Source: an uncultured archaeon
Lineage (GTDB): Archaea; Thermoplasmatota; Thermoplasmata; Thermoplasmatales; Thermoplasmataceae
Direction: 5' to 3'
NCBI GenBank assembly: GCA_000965745.1
Contig: CP009479.1
Span: forward strand, 1 to 64,000
Length of the DNA stretch: 64,000 nt
In this document: positions 46,013 to 57,019 of the stretch, in pieces
Layout of the letters: the number at the start of each line of letters is the position of its first letter
Position numbering within the stretch: position 1 is the first letter of the stretch
The notes under the pieces: generated by a model
The model's database searches: none
The model's input: only the letters and a program-made list of their open reading frames with translations
Told to the model about the DNA's origin: nothing
Position numbers and translations under genes: made by a program

Positions 46013-46294
46013 CTATTCCTTCATGTTCCTGGAAATCTCATCGAGTTTTGCCTCGATATCCCTAAGCCTGGATTCGTGAGGCCCAACTGGCGGAGTTTGA
46101 TCAGGCTTCCTGTGCACGGTCTCGGCGAAGCCCTGGAGAGTCCTGCTCCAGAAGGCTGAAACGACTATAACAAGTATGAAAATTATGCCCACCCCGGCTA
46201 CTCCGGCGAAGTACGCGGCAAAGGCCCCTATTATCGCCAGGGCCCCCCATACCGGGATGCTGACTGCTATGGTCAGTTTGACCAGTTCTTCCAT
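46013..46294 (-). CDS. Small membrane protein with coiled-coil tail
   Basis: Two TM segments then RLRDIEAKLDEI; 4 nt upstream of the DUF4097 gene. Confidence 0.7.
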   Translation of the reverse strand: MEELVKLTIAVSIPVWGALAIIGAFAAYFAGVAGVGIIFILVIVVSAFWSRTLQGFAETVHRKPDQTPPVGPHESRLRDIEAKLDEISRNMKE

Positions 46295-46561
46295 GCTGAT
46301 TCAGACACTCTCGCAATATATAGCAGAAACCTCATCTGTTAGGTGCTTTCACGGCTTTCGTTAATGCACGCCTTCTTGGAATTGCAGAAGCCGGGCCCTG
46401 ATTAGAAAAGAGAAAAATGGCAGTTTGGTTTAAATATTCCCATGAGCCTGCAATTGATGATCTTTTTGAGAACTATCGGTTAATATCTACTTTCAAATAC
46501 GAGTTTCACAACAAAACCCCACTCATATAACAGTTATATATCAGAATCCCATTGATTATCA

Positions 46562-47926
46562 TTGACTTATCTTATTGTTACTAGCAGATGCCCCTTTTCA
46601 TATGATAAGTCCCACAACAAGAAGGTTACAAAAAAGAATGTGGGAGGAGTAGCCACTGCTCTTAAGCTGCTCATCGAGAAGGAAGGTGGAGTCTGGGTAT
46701 GCTGGGGGGATGGAAAGCTTGACCCTGAGCATACGGTTGAGGACCGCGGTAACTACAAGATAGTGAGGGTTATCCTGAACCAGAAGGAGAAGAAGGGGTT
46801 CTACGACGAATATTCAAACGGAACTCTGTGGCCCCTCTTCCATTATTTCCGCGAACGCATAAGGTTCTCCTCTGACGGCTTCAAGTACTACAAGCAGGTA
46901 AATGAAAAATTCAAGGAAAAGATCCTGAAGTACCTTGAGCCGGACATGAAAGTCTGGATACACGACTACCAGCTGACACTTCTCCCGGGAATGCTGAGAA
47001 AGAGCGGAACTCAGAACTTCACGCTTTTCACGTGGCATATCCCATGGGTCGCGAGCGAGTTTTTCTCCATACTGCCCGAGGCGGAGGAAATAATACACAG
47101 CCTTGCCAAGGCGGATATGCTCACCTTCCACACTCCCCTTTACACGAGCAATTTCAGGGCTTCTGCCCAGAAGATACTCAGGAACTCACTCAACGAGAAT
47201 GGAAAGCTGTTCTCGATCTCGCTCGGAATCGATGAAACATATTACGAGAAGGCCAACGCCAGGAAGGCAAGGGTGAAATCTCTGGAGGGGATGAAAATGA
47301 TTTTTTCCATTGACAGGCTCGATTACACCAAGGGCCTCATCAACCGTGTCCTGGCGATAGAGAATATGCTGGACAGGTTCCCGGAATATGCCGGAAAATT
47401 TGTCTACGTCATGGTTGTTACACCCAGCAGGACCTCAGTCACCGAATACCAGTCACTGAAGCGTGAGCTTGAGATGACCATAGGGAGGGTCAACGGTGAG
47501 CATGGAAACCTATCGTGGGCGCCGATAATCTATATGTACAGGAGGATCTCAGACAAGACCCTGATATCGTATTACAGCCAGGCAGACATAGCACTTATCA
47601 CGCCGCTGATGGACGGCCTGAACCTGGTCAGCAAGGAGTTCGTGTCGGTCACCGATTCAGGAAGCCTGATAATCTCACAGTTTGCGGGGTCTTCATACGA
47701 CCTTAAGTCAGGAGCACTCGTCGTGAACCCGAACAACATTGCCGAAATGGCAGATGCGATACTGTATTCCCTGAACATGAAGAGGGAGGAGATCCAGAGG
47801 CGCCTCTCACTTATGAAGGATAATGTCTATGGAAAGAATCTCGACTGGTGGCTTGGAGAAATAGAGAGCACAGCAGATAGAAAACTTATGTCCAGCAAGG
47901 AATCAACCTATGTCCATTCCCGCTGA
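46562..47926 (+). CDS. otsA: Trehalose-6-phosphate synthase
   Basis: GGVATAL, LWPLFHY, WIHDYQL, DRLDYTKG, DGLNLVSKEF. Confidence 0.95.
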   Translation: MTYLIVTSRCPFSYDKSHNKKVTKKNVGGVATALKLLIEKEGGVWVCWGDGKLDPEHTVEDRGNYKIVRVILNQKEKKGFYDEYSNGTLWPLFHYFRERIRFSSDGFKYYKQVNEKFKEKILKYLEPDMKVWIHDYQLTLLPGMLRKSGTQNFTLFTWHIPWVASEFFSILPEAEEIIHSLAKADMLTFHTPLYTSNFRASAQKILRNSLNENGKLFSISLGIDETYYEKANARKARVKSLEGMKMIFSIDRLDYTKGLINRVLAIENMLDRFPEYAGKFVYVMVVTPSRTSVTEYQSLKRELEMTIGRVNGEHGNLSWAPIIYMYRRISDKTLISYYSQADIALITPLMDGLNLVSKEFVSVTDSGSLIISQFAGSSYDLKSGALVVNPNNIAEMADAILYSLNMKREEIQRRLSLMKDNVYGKNLDWWLGEIESTADRKLMSSKESTYVHSR

Positions 47927-48635
47927 CCTGATTCGCAGGGCAGAGTTGCTGAAGAACAGCAGCCTGAAACTTTTCCTCGATTACGATGGCACGCTGATAC
48001 CAATAAAGATGGACCCTGATGACTGTTATGCAGACAGTGAGCTGAAAGATATCCTGAACTCTCTCGACAACAATTATGAAATGTACATCGTCACCGGAAG
48101 GTCCCTGGACGACATAACAAAATTCATCGGGAACGCCTATAACGTAATAGCCCTCCATGGTGCTGTAATGAGAATAGGGGGGGAGATAAGGGAAAATATC
48201 CCTGACCTCGCATACTTCACGCAGATCTGTGACCGGATCTTCAAAAACAGGAAACTGTTTGAGAGCCAGTACGACGGCCTCAGGATGTACAACAAGAACG
48301 GGAATCTCCTCTTTCATCTCGGCCTGATGACTGACGATAGAAGGAAGGATGAGCTTGAGGGCCTTGTAAGGAATATGGGCGAGGAGAACATGATGGATGT
48401 CTATGAAGGCAAGATGATCATGGAGCTCAGGGTTCCCGGCATAAACAAGGGGTCCGCCATACATAAAATGAGAAACGGTTCAAACGCGATTATTGCGGGC
48501 GACGACAGGACCGATGAAGAGTCTTTCGAAGCAAACGGGGATGCGGTCAGGATAAAGGTAGGTATTGGCAAGACGAAGGCAGATTTTGTGCTTTCAGACT
48601 ACAGGGAGATGAGGCAGTTCCTCAAGCTCCTATAG
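47910..48635 (+). CDS. otsB: Trehalose-6-phosphate phosphatase
   Basis: FLDYDGTL, VTGR, NKG, GDDRTDE. Confidence 0.94.
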   Translation: MSIPADLIRRAELLKNSSLKLFLDYDGTLIPIKMDPDDCYADSELKDILNSLDNNYEMYIVTGRSLDDITKFIGNAYNVIALHGAVMRIGGEIRENIPDLAYFTQICDRIFKNRKLFESQYDGLRMYNKNGNLLFHLGLMTDDRRKDELEGLVRNMGEENMMDVYEGKMIMELRVPGINKGSAIHKMRNGSNAIIAGDDRTDEESFEANGDAVRIKVGIGKTKADFVLSDYREMRQFLKLL

Positions 48636-49442
48636 CTTCCCGACATCGTAAATGTCATAGATGTCGGTCCTTCTCTGCTTCAGTACCGGCACGTCCTTGA
48701 GATATTCCTCTATGAGTGTAAGGTCCAGATCAGATGTTATCACGGTTTCCTCTTCATCAGCTTCCGATAGGATATCTCCATAGGGGTTAATGACGACAGA
48801 GTGGCCGGTGAACTGGTTTCCCGTCTGCGCTACGCCGAGGACAAATGCCCCGTTCTCCATGGCCCTTGTTCTCAGCAGTGTCAGCCATGTGTCGAGCTTC
48901 CTCTCCCCCTTGAACCATCCTGCCTGGTATGACAGTATGTTTGCGCCCTTAAGGCGCAGGAGCCTTGCCGCCTCGGGAAACCTGAGGTCGTAGCAAATCT
49001 GGACCCCTATGCTGAATTTCTCTGTGAAGAACGGGTTCAGGGCACCATACCCGTGGGTGAATGTCTTGCTCTCCTTGAAGCTGTAAGCATCAAAAAGGTG
49101 TTTTTTCCTGTATTTTCCGCCAATCATTCCCATGTCGTTGAGCATAACCGACGTGTTGAAAGGCTTAAGGTGGCCGTTGTTCCTCTCGACTACATTCAGG
49201 AGAATATTCATCCTGGAGTCTCTCGCTATAGGCACGAAACTGTTTACAAAGTCCTCGGTGATCAGTTCCGACTCCTTTATCATGAATTCGGGATCGTCGA
49301 AAGAGGGGTTCAGCATCTGGTATTCAGGGTATATCAGAATATCAGGAGGGTTCGATTCCAGTTTCCTGGCAACATCGAGTGATTTTTTCAAATTTTCTTC
49401 TTTGCTTTTGCTTGAACTGATCTGGGCCAGAGCAACTTTCAT
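48630..49442 (-). CDS. Carbon-nitrogen hydrolase (Nit/nitrilase family)
   Basis: YPE, YRKKHLFD, ICYDLRFPE triad motifs. Confidence 0.92.
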   Translation of the reverse strand: MKVALAQISSSKSKEENLKKSLDVARKLESNPPDILIYPEYQMLNPSFDDPEFMIKESELITEDFVNSFVPIARDSRMNILLNVVERNNGHLKPFNTSVMLNDMGMIGGKYRKKHLFDAYSFKESKTFTHGYGALNPFFTEKFSIGVQICYDLRFPEAARLLRLKGANILSYQAGWFKGERKLDTWLTLLRTRAMENGAFVLGVAQTGNQFTGHSVVINPYGDILSEADEEETVITSDLDLTLIEEYLKDVPVLKQRRTDIYDIYDVGKL

Positions 49443-49451
49443 GATATCACC

Positions 49452-50534
49452 TTATGCTGCCCCCAATTCGCCTAGCTTGTCAGGCAGGTACTTCTCAGTG
49501 ACATAGTCAAGGCCGTACTTGGCCAGGGACTGCTGTTCAGCTTTCTTTGAAATGGAAAGCATGGTCTCAATCTCAGCTTTCCAGAATTCCGTCTGGAACC
49601 TGGGGTCCTTGAGCTCAGACTGCAGGGCGTTAACGTCCTTGTCCGTAAGCTTGTCTGTTGGCAGGTTGTAGTTGAGAATGTCTGATGCCGTTATGCCGAC
49701 ATACTCCGCGGTCGGGACTGCCAGATGGTCAGAGATGTGGGCTGTCTTGATGGCCCCATAGGCAATCGAGCCGAAAATTCTGAACGACCACGGGTCTCCA
49801 TCCGTAAAAACGTATATCGGGAGGCCCATCTCCTGGTTGACTCTCTTCAGGATTCTCCTTGTACTCCTTGCCGGCTGCCCTTTCAGGTGGACCAGGACTG
49901 CGTTGAAACGCTCATCGAACCCGTTCTCAACCAGTCGGTCAAACATACCTCCTGTTTCTATAGCCATAACAAAGTTCGCCCCATGGGTTTTCAGGTGAAG
50001 CTTCTCCTGCTCGACGTTGTAAGGGATTGTATACCCTCCATCTCCGACGTCGTCCTTGCAGTTGATCGTCTTGAAATCACCTTTTCTGTTCTTTTCCTCA
50101 ATCGTTATATCTCCTATTATACTTGCCCCGTTTTCCTCAGGCCTGAGCTTGAAATCCTCCCTGAGAAGCTTGCTGATGACTTCAAGGTCTTCCGCAAGGA
50201 GGTCCGACTCGCCCTGGGACCCGAATTTCGCAAGATCCCACCCCTCAGAGATGTAGTACATCTCCCTGAGGGTTGAAGACTTGTTGGTCTTGAGCATCTC
50301 GATTATGAAATCAATTACATAGAGAAACTTGACAAGATATTCTGCCCCGTCGAGAGACTTGGCGCTCCTCCTGGTGGTGGATTCCCCGTACTTCCATACC
50401 GAAGTTAGCTGGTCCAGGACAATGTTGTCCCTCGTCCTCGATGGGAGATGAAGTTCCGGTATCTCCCCGCTGTTAATGCTCTCGAGGATGTTCCTTACAA
50501 TCCCTTTGAGTTCCTGTTCAGTTTCAGAGTTCAT
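49452..50534 (-). CDS. top6A: DNA topoisomerase VI subunit A
   Basis: [24 protein letters not shown]; ATG at 50534 preferred over 50567. Confidence 0.95.
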   Translation of the reverse strand: MNSETEQELKGIVRNILESINSGEIPELHLPSRTRDNIVLDQLTSVWKYGESTTRRSAKSLDGAEYLVKFLYVIDFIIEMLKTNKSSTLREMYYISEGWDLAKFGSQGESDLLAEDLEVISKLLREDFKLRPEENGASIIGDITIEEKNRKGDFKTINCKDDVGDGGYTIPYNVEQEKLHLKTHGANFVMAIETGGMFDRLVENGFDERFNAVLVHLKGQPARSTRRILKRVNQEMGLPIYVFTDGDPWSFRIFGSIAYGAIKTAHISDHLAVPTAEYVGITASDILNYNLPTDKLTDKDVNALQSELKDPRFQTEFWKAEIETMLSISKKAEQQSLAKYGLDYVTEKYLPDKLGELGAA

Positions 50535-52428
50535 CTGAATCTTCCTCCTCTTCCTCGTCCCCGCCATCCTCTTCCTCGATGGTCAGGGACTCCATGTTCC
50601 AGTCGGCTGGAAGAGGTTCTGCCCCCTGGACATATACTGCATCTATGCCTGTAAAATAAATGTCAGTGCCCGGATAATCCTTGATGCTTCCGATGACATC
50701 ATAGGTGATTGAATAGTTCTCAGCTGGATTGATCTCCTTCACCTCCCAGGTGTTCACCCCTCCGCTTATCTCACCCACAGGCGGGTCTGCATATACAGTA
50801 AGTGATCTTGGCCTGCTCGTGAAATTGTGGAGGCTGATCCTTACGTGAATGCCGTTTTCGAATGGCTCTGTGTCTTCATTCACGAATACCACATTTGCGA
50901 TCTGTGACAGGACCAGATCCAGACTCGGCTCCGTTTCACCGAGAATTGAGGAAGATTTTCTGCCTATTTCCGGAAGCAGTATCTGGACAAGCCTGAATTT
51001 TTCCCTGGCCTTCACCCTCTTCTGCTGTTTCCTCAGGTACTTTCTCACACCTCTCCCGAGGCTCCTCATTGCCAGCTTTACCTCTTCCACTATGTCTTCG
51101 ACGTTCGCAACAGCTTCCTTTGATTCAGAAGTGTATGGTATACGTGTCCCGTAGACATGGACCAGTATTATCATCGGCCCATATGGAACCCCGCTTCCCT
51201 GGCGCTGCTCGAGGCCGTACGGCCTCCAGTCCATCTCCGATATCGCCTTGGTTATTGCACAAGCGCCGGCCTGGTAAAGCAGGGGGACCTTGTTGGCGTA
51301 CCTGACAACCCGTACCTGCTCATCGGATTTCAGCTCGCCTCCGTAGACAATCGATGCTTCAACCGAGAAGGGGTTTCCGCTGTAAACTGCCACTGGCCTC
51401 ATGACGGGTTTTGAATAGAATGAAGGGTGCGTCTCCTCGTAGATGTTTCTCAGGCCTTTCCTGAGGAACTCTCCACCGATAGGGGAAAGGCAGTCTGTCG
51501 GAGGGGGCATCATCCTGACCTCCTTGAATGCCTTCATGAGTGAGTCTATTTCCTCAAGAGTAAGCTCTGAGGGAGGCTTTGAGCCATCAATCCCTGATAC
51601 CTGAAGTATCTCTCCCGCCACCTTTTCACTTACCCTGTTGAACTCACCGGACAGGAATTTGGCCAGTGTCTTCTCGTTGCTAGTCTGTGCGATGCTCCGT
51701 ATTTCCCCGAGTTCCAGCCCTAGCGGGTGCGGCTTGATTTCCTTTGATTTTGGCGATGGCTGTTCAACGACCCTCCTGAAGGTCCATTTCCTGTTATCAG
51801 GGTCGATATACGTCAGGTTCATGTTCGGGTTGACCACCGCGCTCTCCTTCAGGTATTCAAAAACAGACTGCCTGCCTGCCTGGTATTTTCCCTTGGCCCT
51901 TACAGTTACGCTTGTGCCGTGGTCCGTGTCCCATATGACTGCCTTTTCGCCCTTCACATCAGCCTTGTTTTCTTTTACGTTTATTCCAAGCTCTATCTCC
52001 ACAGCAACATCTTCCCCCATCTTCTTTGATTTAACCGTTGCTGTCTTGCCTGTGGTAATCTGCCCGTAAAGAATCGCGGCAGTGATGCCAATTCCCTGTT
52101 GCCCGCGGGACTGCCTTATCGAGTGGAACCTTGAGCCGTAAAGAAGCTGCCCAAATACCTTGGGAACCTCCTTTCTGTCAATGCCCGGCCCATTGTCCTC
52201 TATCTGCGCCTCATAAACATCGGCGCCAATCTTGGATACCCGCACCGCAATTTCCGGGACAATCCCGTACTCTTCACAAGCATCCAGGGAATTGTCTATA
52301 GCCTCCTTTACAATCATGAAAAGGCTCTTCTGGAGAGAGTCGAAACCAAGGATATGCTTATTTTTCTCAAAAAATTCAGATATGGATGCTTCCTTGAGCT
52401 CTGATCCCTTCAGTTGAGTTTTGCTCAT
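50524..52428 (-). CDS. top6B: DNA topoisomerase VI subunit B
   Basis: [41 protein letters not shown]. Confidence 0.96.
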   Translation of the reverse strand: MSKTQLKGSELKEASISEFFEKNKHILGFDSLQKSLFMIVKEAIDNSLDACEEYGIVPEIAVRVSKIGADVYEAQIEDNGPGIDRKEVPKVFGQLLYGSRFHSIRQSRGQQGIGITAAILYGQITTGKTATVKSKKMGEDVAVEIELGINVKENKADVKGEKAVIWDTDHGTSVTVRAKGKYQAGRQSVFEYLKESAVVNPNMNLTYIDPDNRKWTFRRVVEQPSPKSKEIKPHPLGLELGEIRSIAQTSNEKTLAKFLSGEFNRVSEKVAGEILQVSGIDGSKPPSELTLEEIDSLMKAFKEVRMMPPPTDCLSPIGGEFLRKGLRNIYEETHPSFYSKPVMRPVAVYSGNPFSVEASIVYGGELKSDEQVRVVRYANKVPLLYQAGACAITKAISEMDWRPYGLEQRQGSGVPYGPMIILVHVYGTRIPYTSESKEAVANVEDIVEEVKLAMRSLGRGVRKYLRKQQKRVKAREKFRLVQILLPEIGRKSSSILGETEPSLDLVLSQIANVVFVNEDTEPFENGIHVRISLHNFTSRPRSLTVYADPPVGEISGGVNTWEVKEINPAENYSITYDVIGSIKDYPGTDIYFTGIDAVYVQGAEPLPADWNMESLTIEEEDGGDEEEEEDSDEL

Positions 52429-52508
52429 TCTGGGATTATAAAATATCTGCTTATATTGGTTTTGCCGCTGAATAATATAAAAAGTTGGGGTTTTGTGGAG
52501 TTCCCGGT

Positions 52509-53267
52509 TTATCCGAAGTATCCCAGGTCGTCCTTATGCCCAGGCCTGCCCTGGACATCTTCCTGCATTTTCTCGGTTATCTCCTCGATCTGCTTGCTCC
52601 TTTCCTCTATGTCCTTCAGATCGATCTCTACGCCAAGAATCTTCGAAAGAACCTTGATCACTTCCCTTGCTCCCTTGGGGTCCGCAAAGTATCCGGATGT
52701 CTCGCCCATAAGGCAGGCGCCATCAACTTCGAAGAGCTCTTTCCCAAGTCCCAGCATAAGGCCTGCTGACCCGACGATTCCTCCTCCCGGCTCGCCTTTG
52801 GGGAATACCACGCCGCCTTCCTGCAGCGTGTCCTGGAGGCCCTGGTTGGTGACTGCGCCGAGGACTCTCGGCGTATCGCTGATCTTCCCGGTGCTGTAAC
52901 CACCAAGAGTGTAGACTGCAGATACATTGAATTTCTTCGCCATTTCCAGCACTAGGTACGAGAGCTCATACTGGCCCTCCTGGGTTGTGCCCTGGAAATC
53001 GCCAACGAGAATCATCAGATCATTCTTCTTCGGGAACTTCTTGTAGTAAATTGAATTCCTGACGAGGTGTGTAAGCCCGTCGTCTCCTATGAAAACCTGG
53101 GGAGGGAGGTACTGGGAGTACAAGTCAGCCATCTTCTCCATCTTCAGCTTCTCAATCAGGTACTCTGCGGCAATCTTCCCGATGTTCCCTATTCCGGGTA
53201 GTCCGCCTATGAGTACCGGGTTGTTCAGTCTCGGTCTTTTAATCTGGTTCAGTATTATTTTTTCCAT
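52509..53267 (-). CDS. Proteasome assembly chaperone (PAC2 family)
   Basis: GLPGIGNIGK, YTLGG, CLMGET. Confidence 0.9.
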   Translation of the reverse strand: MEKIILNQIKRPRLNNPVLIGGLPGIGNIGKIAAEYLIEKLKMEKMADLYSQYLPPQVFIGDDGLTHLVRNSIYYKKFPKKNDLMILVGDFQGTTQEGQYELSYLVLEMAKKFNVSAVYTLGGYSTGKISDTPRVLGAVTNQGLQDTLQEGGVVFPKGEPGGGIVGSAGLMLGLGKELFEVDGACLMGETSGYFADPKGAREVIKVLSKILGVEIDLKDIEERSKQIEEITEKMQEDVQGRPGHKDDLGYFG

Positions 53268-53427
53268 CTAAATCATCTCGTAACATTTCTAATCTGTATT
53301 TCTGGAACCTGTCCTTTTCAGAATATTTTGGAGGAATTGCATACATCGATTCCCCTCCGCATGAGGGGCATTCGTTGCGAAGTGTATATTTTCCGCACAC
53401 AATGCATTTTCTGATAATTGATCGCAT
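53239..53427 (-). CDS. nop10: H/ACA RNP protein Nop10
   Basis: IRKC..CG.YTL..CP.CG..PPKYS..D...KYR. Confidence 0.93.
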   Translation of the reverse strand: MRSIIRKCIVCGKYTLRNECPSCGGESMYAIPPKYSEKDRFQKYRLEMLRDDLDGKNNTEPD

Positions 53428-53434
53428 ATTTCTA

Positions 53435-54193
53435 TCACGGAGCCCTTGTGAACTCCGATACTACATTGTTCTTCTTGCTTGATTCGGTTATAGCCAGTAT
53501 TGACTTCCTGAGTGTTTCCTCAGCAGACTTGTAGTCCTTGTCCTGTACGCTTATGCGGTACCTGGGGGCTCCTGCATACTGTATCTCAACCCCCTCTGAT
53601 ATCCCTGTCAACAGGGATGCCTTGATCCTGTCCATCCCGTCAGGAGCAAGAGAGTAGGACTCAATATAGCCTCCAATCTGTACGAATGGAGGGACAACGT
53701 TTTCCTTGGCCAGCTGGATTATTACCTGCTTCCATTTCCCCTTCTTCTCAGGGAGCCAGTTCTCTTCTGCAGCAGCTTCTTCGAAGGCTTCGTAAAGGGT
53801 CCCGTATTTCTTTCTCAGGAAGCCCGCGAATTCTTCCTCACATTCATCAACACTCTTGTTAAGCTGTTCTGCAGCGAGTTCGAGGAGTTTTGCGGATTTC
53901 TGCTCGTTTTTCCACTGGGAGATTTTCTCCCTCTTCTGGTGGGCGTTTACCCGTTTAAGTGAGAGGTCAATGTAACCTCTTTCCTTGTCAACGTTCAGAA
54001 CTTTGCATACAGTTCTCTGACCTTCCCTCAGGTGATCCCTGATGTGTTTTACCCAGCCCGTGGCAACTTCTGCTATGTGGATGAAACCTTCCTTTCCTTC
54101 GTATTCATCCAGCTTCACTGTAGCGCCGAAGTTCTTGACGTCCTTTATGGTCACGACGACGAGATCACTGTTTTCGGGAAGATCTTTTCTCAT
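53435..54193 (-). CDS. eif2a: Translation initiation factor aIF-2 alpha
   Basis: S1 domain (GFIHIAEV, IDLSLKRV), GAPRYRI. Confidence 0.95.
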   Translation of the reverse strand: MRKDLPENSDLVVVTIKDVKNFGATVKLDEYEGKEGFIHIAEVATGWVKHIRDHLREGQRTVCKVLNVDKERGYIDLSLKRVNAHQKREKISQWKNEQKSAKLLELAAEQLNKSVDECEEEFAGFLRKKYGTLYEAFEEAAAEENWLPEKKGKWKQVIIQLAKENVVPPFVQIGGYIESYSLAPDGMDRIKASLLTGISEGVEIQYAGAPRYRISVQDKDYKSAEETLRKSILAITESSKKNNVVSEFTRAP

Positions 54194-54390
54194 TTGAGTA
54201 CCTCTAATACCTCAGCGTTTGTTGATATCGTACCACCTGTTGGCGATACGAGCGTGGCTCCGCATATGTTGCAAACAACAGTGCTTGAGCCTTTTGAGTA
54301 TGTGACCTGGACATTTTCGCAATCCCTGCACTTTATCTTAAGGAAATTGTTTCCTGTCCCCTTTGCCTTTACAAACTTGTTTTCTGCCAT
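54190..54390 (-). CDS. rps27e: 30S ribosomal protein S27e
   Basis: FLKIKCRDCEN..CNICG..PTGG. Confidence 0.95.
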   Translation of the reverse strand: MAENKFVKAKGTGNNFLKIKCRDCENVQVTYSKGSSTVVCNICGATLVSPTGGTISTNAEVLEVLK

Positions 54391-54395
54391 CTTGA

Positions 54396-54686
54396 TTATG
54401 CCTCCACAATCTCGAATTTCTTCGCTCTCTTGGTAGGCGTAGTTATTGCCCTGTCACACTCTGCGCACCTGAACCTTATGGAAACCCTCTTGGTTGGTTT
54501 CTCCCGTCCCTCGAATCTGGGCCTCGGAAAACCTCCGTAACCTGATGTGACTCTTCTGAATCTCCTCTGGCCTGCCTTGAACTCGCTTGCCTTCTTCTTC
54601 CGCACCCGCTCTACGGTGTGCGGTGTGTGCTTCTTGCACCACGGGCAATACATGCTGACTTTTTTTGGGATTTTCAATCTTTTCAC
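54396..54686 (-). CDS. rpl44e: 50S ribosomal protein L44e
   Basis: YCPWCKKHT, GQRR, GYGGFPRP, KPTKR..RCAEC. Confidence 0.95.
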   Translation of the reverse strand: MKRLKIPKKVSMYCPWCKKHTPHTVERVRKKKASEFKAGQRRFRRVTSGYGGFPRPRFEGREKPTKRVSIRFRCAECDRAITTPTKRAKKFEIVEA

Positions 54687-55147
54687 TCCTTCTGAACTGT
54701 CATGTCCATGATATCAGGCATATTGTTTGTGTGTTTTTATAGAGGCATTATCGCCCTAGACCTGAATTACTGCGCTGTTAGTACGCAGGACACGTTACGT
54801 TTGGTATTTAGATGTAGGATATAAGTTTTTAACAGGAATGCCGGATAGTTTCAATGCCCTCCAATGCCAATCAATGGCAGGGCAGAATCAACATCCTGGA
54901 GACACCCGCGCACATGTGATTACTACAGCAGTATTAACGCCTCTGACTGAACCATGTTGAGTGTAATGGCCGTCAGTGCGTGTGCAAACTCACGGAATAC
55001 CGTTTTCATTCCACACCGAAAAGAGAGCATTTTATCCATCATTCTGAATATTTAAAAGTCGCTGGAAAAAGAGCCTTGACAAGCAATAACTATCAAGGGT
55101 GGAGGGTATGGATTAATATACTCCTGTATGTTCTTAATCTGATCACA

Positions 55148-57019
55148 ATGAGTCGCATGAAGGAACTGCTTCAGGACTCTCCAGGGTCAAAACTTTTTCT
55201 TCTCGGAAACGAGGCTGTTGCGAGAGGAGTTGTTGAGGCCGGAGTCTCGGTAGCAGCCACATATCCAGGCACGCCTTCAAGTGAAGTTGGCGATGCGCTT
55301 TATCAGATCGCCAGAGAAAGCGGCATAAATTTCGAATTTTCTGTTAATGAAAAAGTTGCCCTGGAGATTGCATTTGCCGCTTCAATTTCCGGCCTCAGGT
55401 CCTTCGTGTTCATGAAGCATGTTGGCCTGAACGTGGCGTCTGACCCGTTCATGAGTATTGCCTACACAGGGGTGAAAGGAGGCATGGTTATCATGAGCGC
55501 GGACGACCCTTCCATGTTCTCATCCCAGAATGAGCAGGACAACCGGAATTTTGCACAGTTTGCGCACATTCCTCTTATTGAGCCTTCGAACCCCCAGGAG
55601 GCCAAGGATTTCCTCGTTGAAGCTTTTGAGCTTTCTGAGAACGAAGGTGTCCCGGTGCTTTTCAGGACCACTACAAGAGTAAGCCATCAGAGGACTAATG
55701 TGGAACTCTCCCCCATCAGGAAGACAAAAACTGTAGGGCAGTTCGAGCATAATTCCGGAAAATACGTATCACTGCCTGTAAATGCAAGGGGTCTGAGGAA
55801 AAAACTTGAAGATAAGATGTTCAGGATAGCTGTCAGCTATGGCAAAGGCGTTCTTAACAGGGTTGAGAACAACGGTACACCTGAATATGGCATAATAACG
55901 TCGGGAGAAGCCTACAATATCGTTTCTGATGTTGTGCAGAGAAATGGCCTTAAGGTATCCATCCTGAAACTGGGCCTCACCAACCCCCTTCCCAGGACCA
56001 TGGTCGAGGAATTCCTTGACGTGAATGAGAAGATTATCGTTGTCGAGGAACTGGACCCATTCCTTGAGGCAAAGGTAAGGTCACTGGTGCAGTCTACCGA
56101 AAGGAAGAACAAGGTCTATGGAAAACTGGATGACCATTTCCCCTCAATGTATGAGTTCAACTACGAGGTTGTCTCGGAAGGACTGGACAGCATCATGCAC
56201 ACTAACATCCCGACAAAGGTGTCTTTCGAGCTCACGAAAGAACTTCCGCCAAGGCCTCCTGTACTCTGCCCGGGATGCCCCCACAGGGCCACATACTATG
56301 CCATGAAGAGGGCGGTGAAGATGATGAAGGTCAAGGACCCGATATACGCATCAGACATAGGATGTTACTCACTCGGGTTTTACGAGCCATTCAACGAGGG
56401 TGATACAATGATCTCAATGGGTTCATCTGAAGGTATAGCCAACGGGCTGTCCAAGGCGGTGGACAACCAGATCATCTCGTTCATCGGAGATTCCACGTTC
56501 TTCCATTCAGGCATACCGCCCTTGATCAACGCGGTGCACAACGGGGCGAAGTACCTGCTTATAGTGATGGACAATGGAACCACTGCTATGACAGGGCAGC
56601 AGCCGAACCCCGGTGTCTCCACTCCTGGGGTCAATGGCCAGGTTTCCATCGAATCTGTTGCAAAATCCATAGGGGTGAATTTTGTCAGGACAGTGGATCC
56701 CTATGATCTCGGCACAACCCTCAGGACGATGACTGACGCACTGAAACAGGACGGAGTTTCAGTGATAGTTGCGAGAAGGGAGTGCGCTATCCTGAGAGAT
56801 GCAAGGCTCAGGGCGCAGGGCGAGATCCATCCCTACGCTGTAAACCAGGACAAGTGCTCCAAATGCATGAATTGTGTCGAAAACTTCGCCTGCCCTGCAT
56901 TCTTCATTTCGGACGGGAAGATCGACATAAACCCCACCCTGTGCGACGGCTGCGGTGTTTGCGCTGAACCATACGTCTGCCCGTTCAGGGCTATCGAGGT
57001 GAGGCAGAATGGAAGTTAA
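55148..57019 (+). CDS. iorA: Indolepyruvate:ferredoxin oxidoreductase alpha subunit
   Basis: LLGNEAVARG, YPGTPSSE, MKHVGLNVA, CPGCPH, GDSTF, C-terminal ferredoxin. Confidence 0.95.
   Translation: MSRMKELLQDSPGSKLFLLGNEAVARGVVEAGVSVAATYPGTPSSEVGDALYQIARESGINFEFSVNEKVALEIAFAASISGLRSFVFMKHVGLNVASDPFMSIAYTGVKGGMVIMSADDPSMFSSQNEQDNRNFAQFAHIPLIEPSNPQEAKDFLVEAFELSENEGVPVLFRTTTRVSHQRTNVELSPIRKTKTVGQFEHNSGKYVSLPVNARGLRKKLEDKMFRIAVSYGKGVLNRVENNGTPEYGIITSGEAYNIVSDVVQRNGLKVSILKLGLTNPLPRTMVEEFLDVNEKIIVVEELDPFLEAKVRSLVQSTERKNKVYGKLDDHFPSMYEFNYEVVSEGLDSIMHTNIPTKVSFELTKELPPRPPVLCPGCPHRATYYAMKRAVKMMKVKDPIYASDIGCYSLGFYEPFNEGDTMISMGSSEGIANGLSKAVDNQIISFIGDSTFFHSGIPPLINAVHNGAKYLLIVMDNGTTAMTGQQPNPGVSTPGVNGQVSIESVAKSIGVNFVRTVDPYDLGTTLRTMTDALKQDGVSVIVARRECAILRDARLRAQGEIHPYAVNQDKCSKCMNCVENFACPAFFISDGKIDINPTLCDGCGVCAEPYVCPFRAIEVRQNGS

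Noticed and set aside
54730-54768. Resemblance to a preQ1-I riboswitch (AGGTCTAG...CCTCTATAAAAAC on the minus strand)
   Set aside because: Only 3 bp of P1 can form, the loop consensus is missing and the gene context is unrelated
54980-55147. N-terminal extension of IorA (likewise ORF-track extensions at 6685, 26142, 36597, 42316, 58171)
   Set aside because: Upstream alternative start codons in promoter or overlapping regions with no homology-like content
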